Source: Desulfosudaceae bacterium (GTDB taxonomy: Bacteria; Desulfobacterota; Desulfobacteria; Desulfobacterales; Desulfosudaceae). From it: a stretch of DNA of 64,000 nucleotides. The notes under the pieces are model-generated. The model was not told where the DNA came from. It saw nothing but the letters and a program-made list of their open reading frames with translations, and did no database searches. The position numbers and the translations under genes are program-made. Positions 9,750 through 18,883 of the stretch are shown piece by piece (positions within the stretch are counted from its first letter, which is position 1; each line of letters begins with the position of its first letter). The stretch spans positions 1,856,001-1,920,000 of the forward strand of contig CAXXDV010000001.1 of NCBI GenBank assembly GCA_963674745.2, given 5' to 3'.

Positions 9750-10829
9750 ATGAATGTTGGCGAGGCGATTGATCATTACCGGATTTTTGACCGCTATCCT
9801 GTAGAACCCCATTTGTTTGTACGCTTTGGTAATTGCCTGATAAAAATTCTTGCAAACAACAAGACGGTTGTTGATGAACTGACATCATACTTTCAGGAAT
9901 TTGTCGTTTCATCCGGTTTGGCGGATATCACGATTTCCGTCCACGAGGCCCCTGAATTCGTCACAATGGAGAACTTTATTGTCAAACAGCCTGATCCCGG
10001 AAAAACAAAGATTAAAGAAGAATACGTTGACCTTGATGACGGCCGAATCGTTCACAAACGGCTGACCGGGATGATTTTTATTTTTGGCCGGGGTAACCAT
10101 ATCGCCATCGGTCCTTGCCTTGGAAATTTAAATCAGGTCGTCAATTTCATCAATAACCGTTATATTGAATGGCTGCTTTGCCGGGGATGCCTTCTCGGCC
10201 ACGCTGCTGCCGTGGCATGGCGGAATAAAGGCCTGGCCCTGTCCGGATTTTCAGGGGCGGGCAAATCGACACTGGCGCTTCGGTTGATGGAGAAGGGGTT
10301 GAACTTCATCAGTAATGACAGGCTGATGGTTGAAAATACGGAAGAGGGGATGACCCTGCACGGCGTTGCCAAGCTGCCGCGTATTAACCCGGGAACAGCA
10401 CTTAATAGTGAATCATTAGCCCACCTGGTTCCGGAAGATGACAAAAAAAGGTTCGCCGCGCTTCCCTTGAAAGAACTCTGGCAGGTTGAAAACAAGTATG
10501 ACGTGCCCATTGATACGTGTTACGGTCCGAAGCGTTTCATCCTGGACGCAAAAATGATCGGCCTGGTGGTTTTAGACTGGAAACCCCAAAATGGAAAGCT
10601 GATCGTGGAAAGGATAACTGATGGTGACAGAAGAAAGGCACTGCTGGCGGCTTTTATCAAAGAGACCGGGCTGTTCTTTCTTCCTGCCGGTGATTGCCGT
10701 ATGCCTGTGCCGACCGTCGATAATTACCAGCAGTTGCTTGCGGATGTTGATATGTGGGCGTTTACCGGAGGGGCAGACTTTGATAAAGCGGCAGATACCT
10801 GTCTGTCGTTTCTGCTGAAAAACGATTAA
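9750..10829 (+). CDS. HprK-related kinase B (GAK system)
   Basis: HAAAV, Walker A GFSGAGKST, ISNDR and PRINPGT motifs. Confidence 0.85.
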   Translation: MNVGEAIDHYRIFDRYPVEPHLFVRFGNCLIKILANNKTVVDELTSYFQEFVVSSGLADITISVHEAPEFVTMENFIVKQPDPGKTKIKEEYVDLDDGRIVHKRLTGMIFIFGRGNHIAIGPCLGNLNQVVNFINNRYIEWLLCRGCLLGHAAAVAWRNKGLALSGFSGAGKSTLALRLMEKGLNFISNDRLMVENTEEGMTLHGVAKLPRINPGTALNSESLAHLVPEDDKKRFAALPLKELWQVENKYDVPIDTCYGPKRFILDAKMIGLVVLDWKPQNGKLIVERITDGDRRKALLAAFIKETGLFFLPAGDCRMPVPTVDNYQQLLADVDMWAFTGGADFDKAADTCLSFLLKND

Positions 10830-10841
10830 ACGGACATTCAT

Positions 10842-12032
10842 ATGCAGCTAAAACTGACCAGAACCGTAAACATCCCGGATCCGATCCAGGTTGCCCGTTG
10901 CGTCCATTATCCCGAACTGGGGCCCAAAATACTTTTTTTCAGTGGCGGCAGCTCTTTACGGTTATTAAGCCGGGAAATAATCAAATACACACACAACTCC
11001 ATTCATATCATTACCACGTTTGATTCCGGGGGGAGTTCGGCCATACTGCGCAAGGCGTTCAAGATGCCCGCTATCGGTGATATCCGTAACCGCCTGATGG
11101 CACTGGCTGACAGAACATTACATGGTAACCCGGAAATTTTTGATCTGTTTGCGTACCGTTTTCCCGGGGATGCGGACAATGCCGAATTGCACAATAAGCT
11201 GGAACTGATGATCCAGGGGAAAGACAAACTGATTGCCAGTATACCCGACCCGATGCGAAAAATTATACGCAATCATTTGCGTCATTTTAAAACACATATG
11301 CCGGCAAATTTTGATCTTTGTAACGCCAGTATCGGAAACCTTGTCCTGACCGGCGGATACATGAACAATCAACGACATATTGATCCGGTTATTTTTGTTT
11401 TTTCAAAGCTGGTCCAGGTCAGGGGAACCGTCCGGCCGGTACTGAACCAGAATCTGCACCTCATCGCCACCTTGCAAAACAGAACGGTCGTAAAAGAACA
11501 GCATAATTTGACCGGAAAGGAAGTGTTGCCGATCAAGTCCCCTGTCAAAAATCTGTATTTAAGCAAGCATCTGAAAAGGCCCAGACCGGTTGCTGCTTCG
11601 GTGCGCAATAAAACAAAAAAACTCATCGCCGACGCGGAGTTAATCTGTTACCCCATGGGCAGTTTCTATTCCAGTCTTATTGCCACCCTGCTGCCGAATG
11701 GGGTGGGGCAGGCGGTTAAAGACAATCCCTGCCCCAAATTGTTTATCCCTAATACCTGCCCGGATCCGGAATTGTATGGAATTTCAATAAATGATCAGGT
11801 GGACATACTGTTGAATTATCTGAAGAAAGACGTGCCGGAAACAACCAGGCCCAAGAATTTTCTGGATATCATTATTATTGATAAGAAAAACGGTCATTAT
11901 AATGGCACACTGAATCGCGGGGCAATGAGGAAGAAAGGAATAACGGTTATTGACAGCAGACTTATTACGCCGGAGAGCGCGCCGTTCGTTGATGAAAAAC
12001 TGTTGATACCGTTATTGTTGACATTAGCCTGA
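10842..12032 (+). CDS. GAK system CofD/YvcK-like protein
   Basis: FSGGS, DSGGSSAILR, GDIRNRL, ASIGNL and PMGSFYSS motifs. Confidence 0.88.
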   Translation: MQLKLTRTVNIPDPIQVARCVHYPELGPKILFFSGGSSLRLLSREIIKYTHNSIHIITTFDSGGSSAILRKAFKMPAIGDIRNRLMALADRTLHGNPEIFDLFAYRFPGDADNAELHNKLELMIQGKDKLIASIPDPMRKIIRNHLRHFKTHMPANFDLCNASIGNLVLTGGYMNNQRHIDPVIFVFSKLVQVRGTVRPVLNQNLHLIATLQNRTVVKEQHNLTGKEVLPIKSPVKNLYLSKHLKRPRPVAASVRNKTKKLIADAELICYPMGSFYSSLIATLLPNGVGQAVKDNPCPKLFIPNTCPDPELYGISINDQVDILLNYLKKDVPETTRPKNFLDIIIIDKKNGHYNGTLNRGAMRKKGITVIDSRLITPESAPFVDEKLLIPLLLTLA

Positions 12033-12090
12033 TCCGGATATTTCAAGAACTATCCGGGCTAACACGTAAACCAAAACAGGAGAACATGTC

Positions 12091-12528
12091 GTGAATGAAA
12101 AAAAGAAAGCCATGAAAACAGCGGCAGAAAAAAGGCCACCAGGAAAAAAAGGAATAAGCGCCGCTAAAACAGTCAGTATCAAGGATGCATCGAACTACCT
12201 GGAAGAAGTGGCGATGTGTTTAAAAAAGGGCAAGCTGGTTGTAACCCAGGGGGATGAGTGCTGCGCCCTGGCGCTGCCTGACGCCAAAACCTTAAAACTC
12301 AAAATTGATGTAAAACAGAAGAAGGACAAGACAAAGGTCGAGATTGGCATGACCTGGCAGCATCTCACCGAATCGATTGAAAAAAATGACCTGAAAATTT
12401 CAATAACCGAGCCTGTAAAGATGCCGCCTCCGGCCAAGCCAGCCGTTGCAGCGGCGTCAGCAAAAAAATCACCGGCCCGGAAATCTGCTGCGCGTGCCGG
12501 GAAAAAAGCGCCGGCCCCAAAAAAGTAA
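12091..12528 (+). CDS. Amphi-Trp domain protein with a Lys/Ala/Pro-rich histone-H1-like tail
   Basis: Amphi-Trp core ending EIGMTW; tail PAKPAVAAASAKKSPARKSAARAGKKAPAPKK; GTG start after AGGAG. Confidence 0.8.
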   Translation: MNEKKKAMKTAAEKRPPGKKGISAAKTVSIKDASNYLEEVAMCLKKGKLVVTQGDECCALALPDAKTLKLKIDVKQKKDKTKVEIGMTWQHLTESIEKNDLKISITEPVKMPPPAKPAVAAASAKKSPARKSAARAGKKAPAPKK

Positions 12529-12559
12529 GATTAGAGAATGGTCGTTTTGGCGCTGGCGA

Positions 12560-14257
12560 TTAAATTTTAAACCGCGTCAACCCTGAGCGCAGTTTTTCTG
12601 AAATGCTGTATAGCTCATTGGCCTTCAATTCGACAGAAATACTCTCATCGTTGATCTTTCCGGATGATCCGGCAATTCTTTCGACTTCACTGTCGATTTG
12701 TTCCAGGGCCAGGCTGCTGTTGGCCACGCTATGGGTGAGGTTTTGCATGCCCGAAGAGATCTGAGACATACCGGACAGGATCTCTGATGAAATCATGGCC
12801 TGCTTTTCAGATGTTTCCGCAATATGGGAAATGATCGGATCGATGGATTCGATGCTCCGGATGATTTCATTGATACGTTCGACAGTATTGGCGCTGACTT
12901 TCTGGATATCGAAGACCCGCTCACTGATAATGCCGGCGGCTTCATTTGATTTTCCCGCCAGGCTTTTAATTTCATGGGCCACCACACCGAAACCCATTCC
13001 CAGCTGTCCGGCCCTGGCTGCCTCGATGGTCGCATTCAATGCGAGCAGATTGGTCTGCTCGGAAATTTCGGTTATCATTTCGGTAATGCTGTTGATTTCA
13101 TCCGCAGCTTTTCCAAGTGTTTTGATGGTTTTTGAAATAGTCTCAGAGTGGTTGACTGCCGATTTGGTAATGGTGAGCGCTCTTTCCGTCTCTTTGGCAA
13201 TGTGACTGATACCGGCATTCATTTCTGACGAAACTTCATTGATCCGGTTTATGCTGGCAAGCGATTGCTCCATTGAGGCCGCCACGACATGCACGGCGGT
13301 TTTGACTTTTTCCGTATTTTTTGCCACTTCCAGGGATTGTGTCCTGGTTTCACTGGTTTCCGAAGAAACCTTGGCCGAAGATGTCAGCAGGCTGGAAGAG
13401 GAGGCGTTTAAAACCTCGGCGTTGGTCAGAATATCCCGGATCATGGCCTGCTGGTTTTCAAGAAACTGATTAAAATTTTTAGATAACCGGCCCGTTTCAT
13501 CGCTGCCGTTAACCCGCAACCGTACGGTCAGGTCTCCTTTGCCCTGGGCGATCTGCTGAAACATTTGAGATGTCTTTTTGACAGGGGCGGCGATGCGGCG
13601 GGAAATATACAGGCCGATCAACGATGCCAGCAATAAAACAACCAGTGAAACCAGAACCGATTGAACGATCTGGTCGTTCAGCGCTTTTTTCATGGCTGTT
13701 TCTTTCTGGGCCACGATCATGTCAATGTCTGAAATATTAATGCTGGTGCATATGACCCACTGCCAGTCTTTGAAATATTTGAAATACATTAACTTTTTTA
13801 AGGGCGGCTGATTTTTGTCCGTTGTTTCCAAAAACTCCAGATACCCCTCGCCATTATCCCTGGCCGTGCTCAAGATATTCTGAAACAAAAAATTGCCGTC
13901 AGCGTCTTTGATATCTTTGATGAAACCACCTGCCAGTTCATTTCTGGCAGGATAGACATAACAGTAATAATCCTTGTCAAAAACGATAAAGCTGTTCTGA
14001 TGTTCCGAGCCGAATCGCATATCCTTCAGAACGTCAACCGCATCCGTGTAGAAGCTGGCGTTGGAGACAACCGAATAAGCGTTTGCCATAACATCCCTGA
14101 TCTGTGCTTTACGCTCTTTGGATAACAGCATCTTCAGGTTTTCCACGTTATGTTCATTGTTCTTTTCCAAAGAAATAATGTTTGATAAAATAGACACGGC
14201 GGAAATAAGTAAAACGGTGACAATGGTCAACAGGCTGATCTTTGATCCGATTTTCAT
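12560..14257 (-). CDS. Methyl-accepting chemotaxis protein with Cache and HAMP domains
   Basis: TM-Cache (KDADG)-TM-HAMP, then ISEQTNLLALNATIEAARAG. ATG 14257 has an RBS. Confidence 0.93.
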   Translation of the reverse strand: MKIGSKISLLTIVTVLLISAVSILSNIISLEKNNEHNVENLKMLLSKERKAQIRDVMANAYSVVSNASFYTDAVDVLKDMRFGSEHQNSFIVFDKDYYCYVYPARNELAGGFIKDIKDADGNFLFQNILSTARDNGEGYLEFLETTDKNQPPLKKLMYFKYFKDWQWVICTSINISDIDMIVAQKETAMKKALNDQIVQSVLVSLVVLLLASLIGLYISRRIAAPVKKTSQMFQQIAQGKGDLTVRLRVNGSDETGRLSKNFNQFLENQQAMIRDILTNAEVLNASSSSLLTSSAKVSSETSETRTQSLEVAKNTEKVKTAVHVVAASMEQSLASINRINEVSSEMNAGISHIAKETERALTITKSAVNHSETISKTIKTLGKAADEINSITEMITEISEQTNLLALNATIEAARAGQLGMGFGVVAHEIKSLAGKSNEAAGIISERVFDIQKVSANTVERINEIIRSIESIDPIISHIAETSEKQAMISSEILSGMSQISSGMQNLTHSVANSSLALEQIDSEVERIAGSSGKINDESISVELKANELYSISEKLRSGLTRFKI

Positions 14258-14321
14258 TATACATTCCTTCCTTTTCAAGAAACAAATCTGCCTAAAAACG
14301 AAATTCAACCTATCGGTATTT

Positions 14322-14349
14322 TTTTAGAATACAATTATCGGTTGATTAA
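14322..14349 (-). promoter_or_regulatory. Pho-box-like array facing the MCP gene
   Basis: Minus-strand TTAATC, ATAATT, CTAAAA at an 11-bp period. Confidence 0.45.
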
Positions 14350-14498
14350 TTTTTTATTCGGATCCGTATTCGATTTGTTCATCCTGCTTGCCCGGCTAAC
14401 ACAAAAAACTTTCTTTCCTTACCAATTCTTCATTTTGACACGTTAAAACAATAACAGATCAAAAACCGATTAACCTATTTTCAAGAAACAAGAGACGA

Positions 14499-15173
14499 AT
14501 GACAACGCGAAAAATATTGATCTTCTATTGTACGCTGGCGGCCTTTTTATTCTGTGGTTCTTTGGTGAACGGTTCCGAACCGGAACATTATCAGTATGAA
14601 AGTAAAATAGACGAGACCCGCCTTGCGGTTGACTGGAAGCTGGAAAAAAGAACTGAATATTCACTGACGTTTAGAACTGTTGAAGAACTATCGATTACCA
14701 TAATGAAGCCGGACGGTGAGACGGTTCGTTGGGAATATCAGCACTACGAAGATCAGACGAATATTATCGCCGAACGACAGGATAATTGTATCCATGTCCG
14801 GGGCACATTGAAAGGCAAGCCTATAAAACGCAATGAAGCGGTGGATGGTGCTCCCTGGTATCAGGCCCTGTCATTTTCATTAAGACCTTTTGTTATGTCC
14901 GAGTGTCAGAAATTAATGTTCTGGACGCTGCGTCCGGAAAAGATGACCGCTCACCGGTTAATTGCCGAAAAAAAAGGGACCGGGACGATTGCCGCAATGA
15001 ACGAAACGATCCCGGTTCAAGAGATAAAAATAACCCTCCCCGGTGCCCTATCGTCTTTCTGGAGCGGCGCCTACTGGCTTGATTCAGGAAACGGCCGCTT
15101 TATCAGATACAAGGGCGCTACCGGACCCCCGGGTAGCCCCGTACTCACAATTGATATTTGTCGTAAAATGTAG
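14499..15173 (+). CDS. Secreted beta-rich hypothetical protein (DUF3108/LolA-like appearance)
   Basis: N-terminal signal peptide and alternating beta pattern; no catalytic motif recognised. Confidence 0.6.
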   Translation: MTTRKILIFYCTLAAFLFCGSLVNGSEPEHYQYESKIDETRLAVDWKLEKRTEYSLTFRTVEELSITIMKPDGETVRWEYQHYEDQTNIIAERQDNCIHVRGTLKGKPIKRNEAVDGAPWYQALSFSLRPFVMSECQKLMFWTLRPEKMTAHRLIAEKKGTGTIAAMNETIPVQEIKITLPGALSSFWSGAYWLDSGNGRFIRYKGATGPPGSPVLTIDICRKM

Positions 15174-15273
15174 CCGTATGCTTTAGCCCCCTTAATGATT
15201 GTTTCACCCAGCGGTATTTGTCGCTTGCCTTTGACCTTCTGTCTTTTGTTTTCTTAAGAGATACCCTTCAGTT

Positions 15274-15290
15274 TTAACACAAAAATAATC
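15274..15290 (+). promoter_or_regulatory. Pho-box-like pair upstream of the ligase-PSD-Lgt operon
   Basis: TTAACAcaaaaATAATC, nearly identical to TTAACCaaaaaATAATC at 57811. Confidence 0.6.
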
Positions 15291-15372
15291 AGTCTCTCCG
15301 AAAATCATAATAAACAAAACAGACTATGCAGCCAGAAAAAGACGCATGTGAATTTAAAAAAGAAAGTAACTC

Positions 15373-17865
15373 GTGAGTCGTATCGCGTCAGCCATGCCCC
15401 AGGAAGGCATGCAACCATCTGCCTTTGAGGACCGGCCCCCCAGACCCCTTCCCGGTGAGATGTCAGACTATTGCCGCTTTTTCGATGTTTTTCCTCAGTC
15501 GTCGGAATCGTATATTGAAAACCTTCCCTTTGCCCCGGGCGATACAACCGCCGGAACGGAAAATGAACTTCAGTCGGCCGTCATCGGGCAGGCGGCTGAT
15601 GTCGATCTTGCTCAGGTGATCGCCACATCCAATTATTTGAAGAATATTCGGAAAAGAACACTGGCCGGCGAAACACCCCGGCAAATGGCACCGGATCTGG
15701 AAAATTTTATCGCTGACAATCCGACCAATATCTGGGAGAACAGCTGGGTACGTTTTCCCAGAAGCGTCCTGAACGACAGTGCCCGTGAAGTTTTAAACCA
15801 TGACCTTCTGGCGGATAAGCAGCAGCCGCAAGGCCCTATGCGGAAAGACGTCCATAAATTCAATATTGTTCAGGACGGACGGGAAATGCTTCGGCTGCCG
15901 GTCAGCTATCTGCTTAAGCTTTCCCTGGCCCAGGCCATGGGAGAGTTACCGCCTGAAGCGACACCCTTAAGAAAGATGGGGCTGCAATTGATGTCTCATT
16001 TTTCAAATGACAACACCTCGCCTGAGACATGTTCTTTTTACACGCCCCGTTTGGTGAAAACCCGTGACGGCATGGGCCGATCCATCGCAGCCGAAACCAG
16101 CCTGCGTTATTTGGTCTGCCAGGTACTGATTCAATACGCCAATCATTGTTTTGCCCTGTGCACACACGGCCAGGAAGCGTCTCTTTACATGGCACCCAAT
16201 CCGCCAATCCGTCAGAAAAAGCTGAATGACTTGATTTCGGACGCCTTTTACAGGGAGTTGTTCATGAGCCCCTGCCTTTCAGGATGGGATCGGGGGGAAG
16301 ACAAACATCACTACATGGGGCTTTGCCACCAGGTTTTGTCCCGCAGTCAACTCAACGCCGTCGCGAAACTCAAGGAAGCCCAGATTATCAACAACAACCT
16401 GGTTGTCCTGCCAAACACGTCTAACGTCAGCCTGGCCAACAACGGAACCCATTTAAGCCTCGGCAGTCTGAAGTTGAGCGCTTTGCTGGAAGATTCCAAA
16501 TCAGGTTTCGGGCCGGCCGATGAAAAAAACATGGGCGACCTGGTCATCAAAATATGTGAGCATTTTCTGCCCCTGTTCGTGGGAACATACAGCGCGGCCC
16601 CGTACCGAATCGATTTTACAGATTTTCATCCGGAAAGAGTGCTCGGATATCTTCCCCATGAACTGGATTTTACTCACCTGCGTATGATCTGGCGAAGATG
16701 GAAGAAAAAAGCCCGCCTCAAAATTTTAGGGCGGGCCTGTACCCCTTTCGGTCCTTATCCGGTTGATCGTTTTCTGCAGCGCTGCTTTCGGCTGAAGGGT
16801 GATTTTGTGCCGGACTTCAGACTGCTGGATTATCTCATCTGTCTGAAAAGCACAGAGGAAAGCGCCGCCCTGGACGGAATCCTTGACAATGATCTGCGAC
16901 TCAAACGGGATTTAAGCGATCTTGGCGTTTTTGACGAGCGGATGAGTTTGTATTTGCTTTATAAACAGCGGCAATCCCATGTCATGGGTTTTTCCGGTTT
17001 TGAAGGACGCTATTACAGTCAGTTTGAAAGTCTTAACACAGACTTGAGCCGTGCGGCCGGTCTCCAGACCCTGATCACCGTCTTTGCCTGCAAAAGCATC
17101 CTGAACGGCAGCCTGTCCCACAAGGATATTCCCAGTGATTCCTTTACGGAAAGTGAACGCAGACAGATATTTTTCGCGACCGCAATCGGCTTGCCGACTT
17201 TTTATGTCAACAAGAAAACAAAAAACCGGTTCCTTTTGAGAGTTTTGCGTTCGGTCAAAGATATGCGTTTCAGCCGACGTTATCCCGGTTATCTGCGTGT
17301 TCCCAACACATCGTTTCACCAGGCACTGATTCGCATGTTGACCGATGAGGCCGCTGATCTGATCGAATTGATGGGCCTTGAAGATACCATCGAAGACTTG
17401 AGGAAACGGATCCGGTTTCCGGAACAGCGATCGGTTGCCGGCAGATTAACTGCCGCCATACTGGATAAAGCCGGTGCTCAAAGCCCCATGGATCTGGACA
17501 GCAACGAATTTGCCGGTGCCGCCGAAAATTATTATCGTGATGATTTGCGCCTCAAGCACATGACCGAGGCCATGGATTTTCTGGCGCAGGAGATGAATAT
17601 TATCGACGGAAAAACCATACTGAACAGAGGCCGGTATCGTGAAATCCTCAGATCCGTCCTGCAGGACAAGGATGCCTCCCGCTTCGTATCGGCAGTCAAA
17701 GACGATATCCTGAGAGGCACTGCATCGGTAAGCGTACTGGAGCGTTTCCTGGCGCTTTGTGTAATGATTATGGGTATGAAAATACCGCTATATAGAAAGC
17801 TTTTCGATGAACCGAATGAAAATGACGGGGAACGGATTGTTTCCTCACCAGTTTGTGTGTCGTGA
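15373..17865 (+). CDS. Large hypothetical protein with carboxylate-amine ligase (GCS/YbdK/PafA-fold) motifs
   Basis: Ordered motifs AGTENE, NNGTHLS, FLPLF..SAAPY and FEGR. Start codon uncertain. Confidence 0.6.
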   Translation: MSRIASAMPQEGMQPSAFEDRPPRPLPGEMSDYCRFFDVFPQSSESYIENLPFAPGDTTAGTENELQSAVIGQAADVDLAQVIATSNYLKNIRKRTLAGETPRQMAPDLENFIADNPTNIWENSWVRFPRSVLNDSAREVLNHDLLADKQQPQGPMRKDVHKFNIVQDGREMLRLPVSYLLKLSLAQAMGELPPEATPLRKMGLQLMSHFSNDNTSPETCSFYTPRLVKTRDGMGRSIAAETSLRYLVCQVLIQYANHCFALCTHGQEASLYMAPNPPIRQKKLNDLISDAFYRELFMSPCLSGWDRGEDKHHYMGLCHQVLSRSQLNAVAKLKEAQIINNNLVVLPNTSNVSLANNGTHLSLGSLKLSALLEDSKSGFGPADEKNMGDLVIKICEHFLPLFVGTYSAAPYRIDFTDFHPERVLGYLPHELDFTHLRMIWRRWKKKARLKILGRACTPFGPYPVDRFLQRCFRLKGDFVPDFRLLDYLICLKSTEESAALDGILDNDLRLKRDLSDLGVFDERMSLYLLYKQRQSHVMGFSGFEGRYYSQFESLNTDLSRAAGLQTLITVFACKSILNGSLSHKDIPSDSFTESERRQIFFATAIGLPTFYVNKKTKNRFLLRVLRSVKDMRFSRRYPGYLRVPNTSFHQALIRMLTDEAADLIELMGLEDTIEDLRKRIRFPEQRSVAGRLTAAILDKAGAQSPMDLDSNEFAGAAENYYRDDLRLKHMTEAMDFLAQEMNIIDGKTILNRGRYREILRSVLQDKDASRFVSAVKDDILRGTASVSVLERFLALCVMIMGMKIPLYRKLFDEPNENDGERIVSSPVCVS

Positions 17866-18880
17866 CACAGGCGCGGTGGAAACCGAGGTGCTGGTCGGTG
17901 ACCTGGCCGTTCTGGGGTTATATCACCTGGCCCGTGAGCGGGCCGGGTGGCTGTTTAACGCCGTCACCAGTGCCCATGTCAGTTCCGCTCTGGGGTTTTG
18001 CTGTTATGACCGGCCTTTTTTCAACATACATGCGGCTGTGAAAAGACTGTCAATCAAAATGGGTGTTGACCTCGAGGAATGCCTGGATCCGCCGTCGGCT
18101 TATTCCAGCGCCAGAAAATTTTTTGAAAGAAAAATCAAATACTGGCAATATCGCCCCATGCCCGATGAGAGAGCGGCAATCGTATCCCCGGCCGATGCCC
18201 GGGTTATCGTCGGCGCTCTGGAAGAAACGCCCGCCCTGTTTCTCAAACAGTCCTTTTTTACCTTCGAAGCGCTGCTGGGCAGCGATAAGCCCGAGTGGCT
18301 GAGGGCCTTTGACGGCGGGGACTATGCCGTCTTCCGCCTGACCCCGGACAAGTATCATTATAACCATGTACCGGTCTCCGGAATGGTCAGAGATATTTAT
18401 GTCATCGACGGTGTTTACCATTCATGCAATCCGGGTGCGGTTATCGTTGAAGCCACGCCTTATTCCAAAAACAGGCGCGTGGTCACGGTTCTGGATACGG
18501 ACGTGGCCGGCGGTACCGGAATCGGTCTGGTCGCCATGATCGAGGTCGCGGCCATGATGATCGGTGATATCGTTCAGTGTTACAGTGATCACCGTTACGA
18601 CAACCCTGAAGATGTGGTCCCGGGTATGTTCCTGAAAAAAGGGCAGCCCAAAAGCCTTTACCGGCCCGGCAGTTCTACGGACATCCTCCTTTTCCAGAAA
18701 GGCGAAATGCGATTCAGCGATGACCTGGTGGAAAATACGTCACGGTCGGATGTGAAAAGCCGTTTTTCCGAAGGATTGGGGCGCCCACTGGTGGAAACCG
18801 AAGTGCGCGTCAGGGAACAGATCGGCTGTGCCGGAAAAAAAGGTTTTGACAAAGATACTTCAATAACTCAAGGAAAATGA
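17807..18880 (+). CDS. Phosphatidylserine decarboxylase-like pyruvoyl enzyme
   Basis: FFERKIK, VSPADAR, RLTPDKYHYNHVP, NRRVV and the self-cleavage-like motif GSST. Confidence 0.85.
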   Translation: MNRMKMTGNGLFPHQFVCRDTGAVETEVLVGDLAVLGLYHLARERAGWLFNAVTSAHVSSALGFCCYDRPFFNIHAAVKRLSIKMGVDLEECLDPPSAYSSARKFFERKIKYWQYRPMPDERAAIVSPADARVIVGALEETPALFLKQSFFTFEALLGSDKPEWLRAFDGGDYAVFRLTPDKYHYNHVPVSGMVRDIYVIDGVYHSCNPGAVIVEATPYSKNRRVVTVLDTDVAGGTGIGLVAMIEVAAMMIGDIVQCYSDHRYDNPEDVVPGMFLKKGQPKSLYRPGSSTDILLFQKGEMRFSDDLVENTSRSDVKSRFSEGLGRPLVETEVRVREQIGCAGKKGFDKDTSITQGK

Positions 18881-18883
18881 AAA

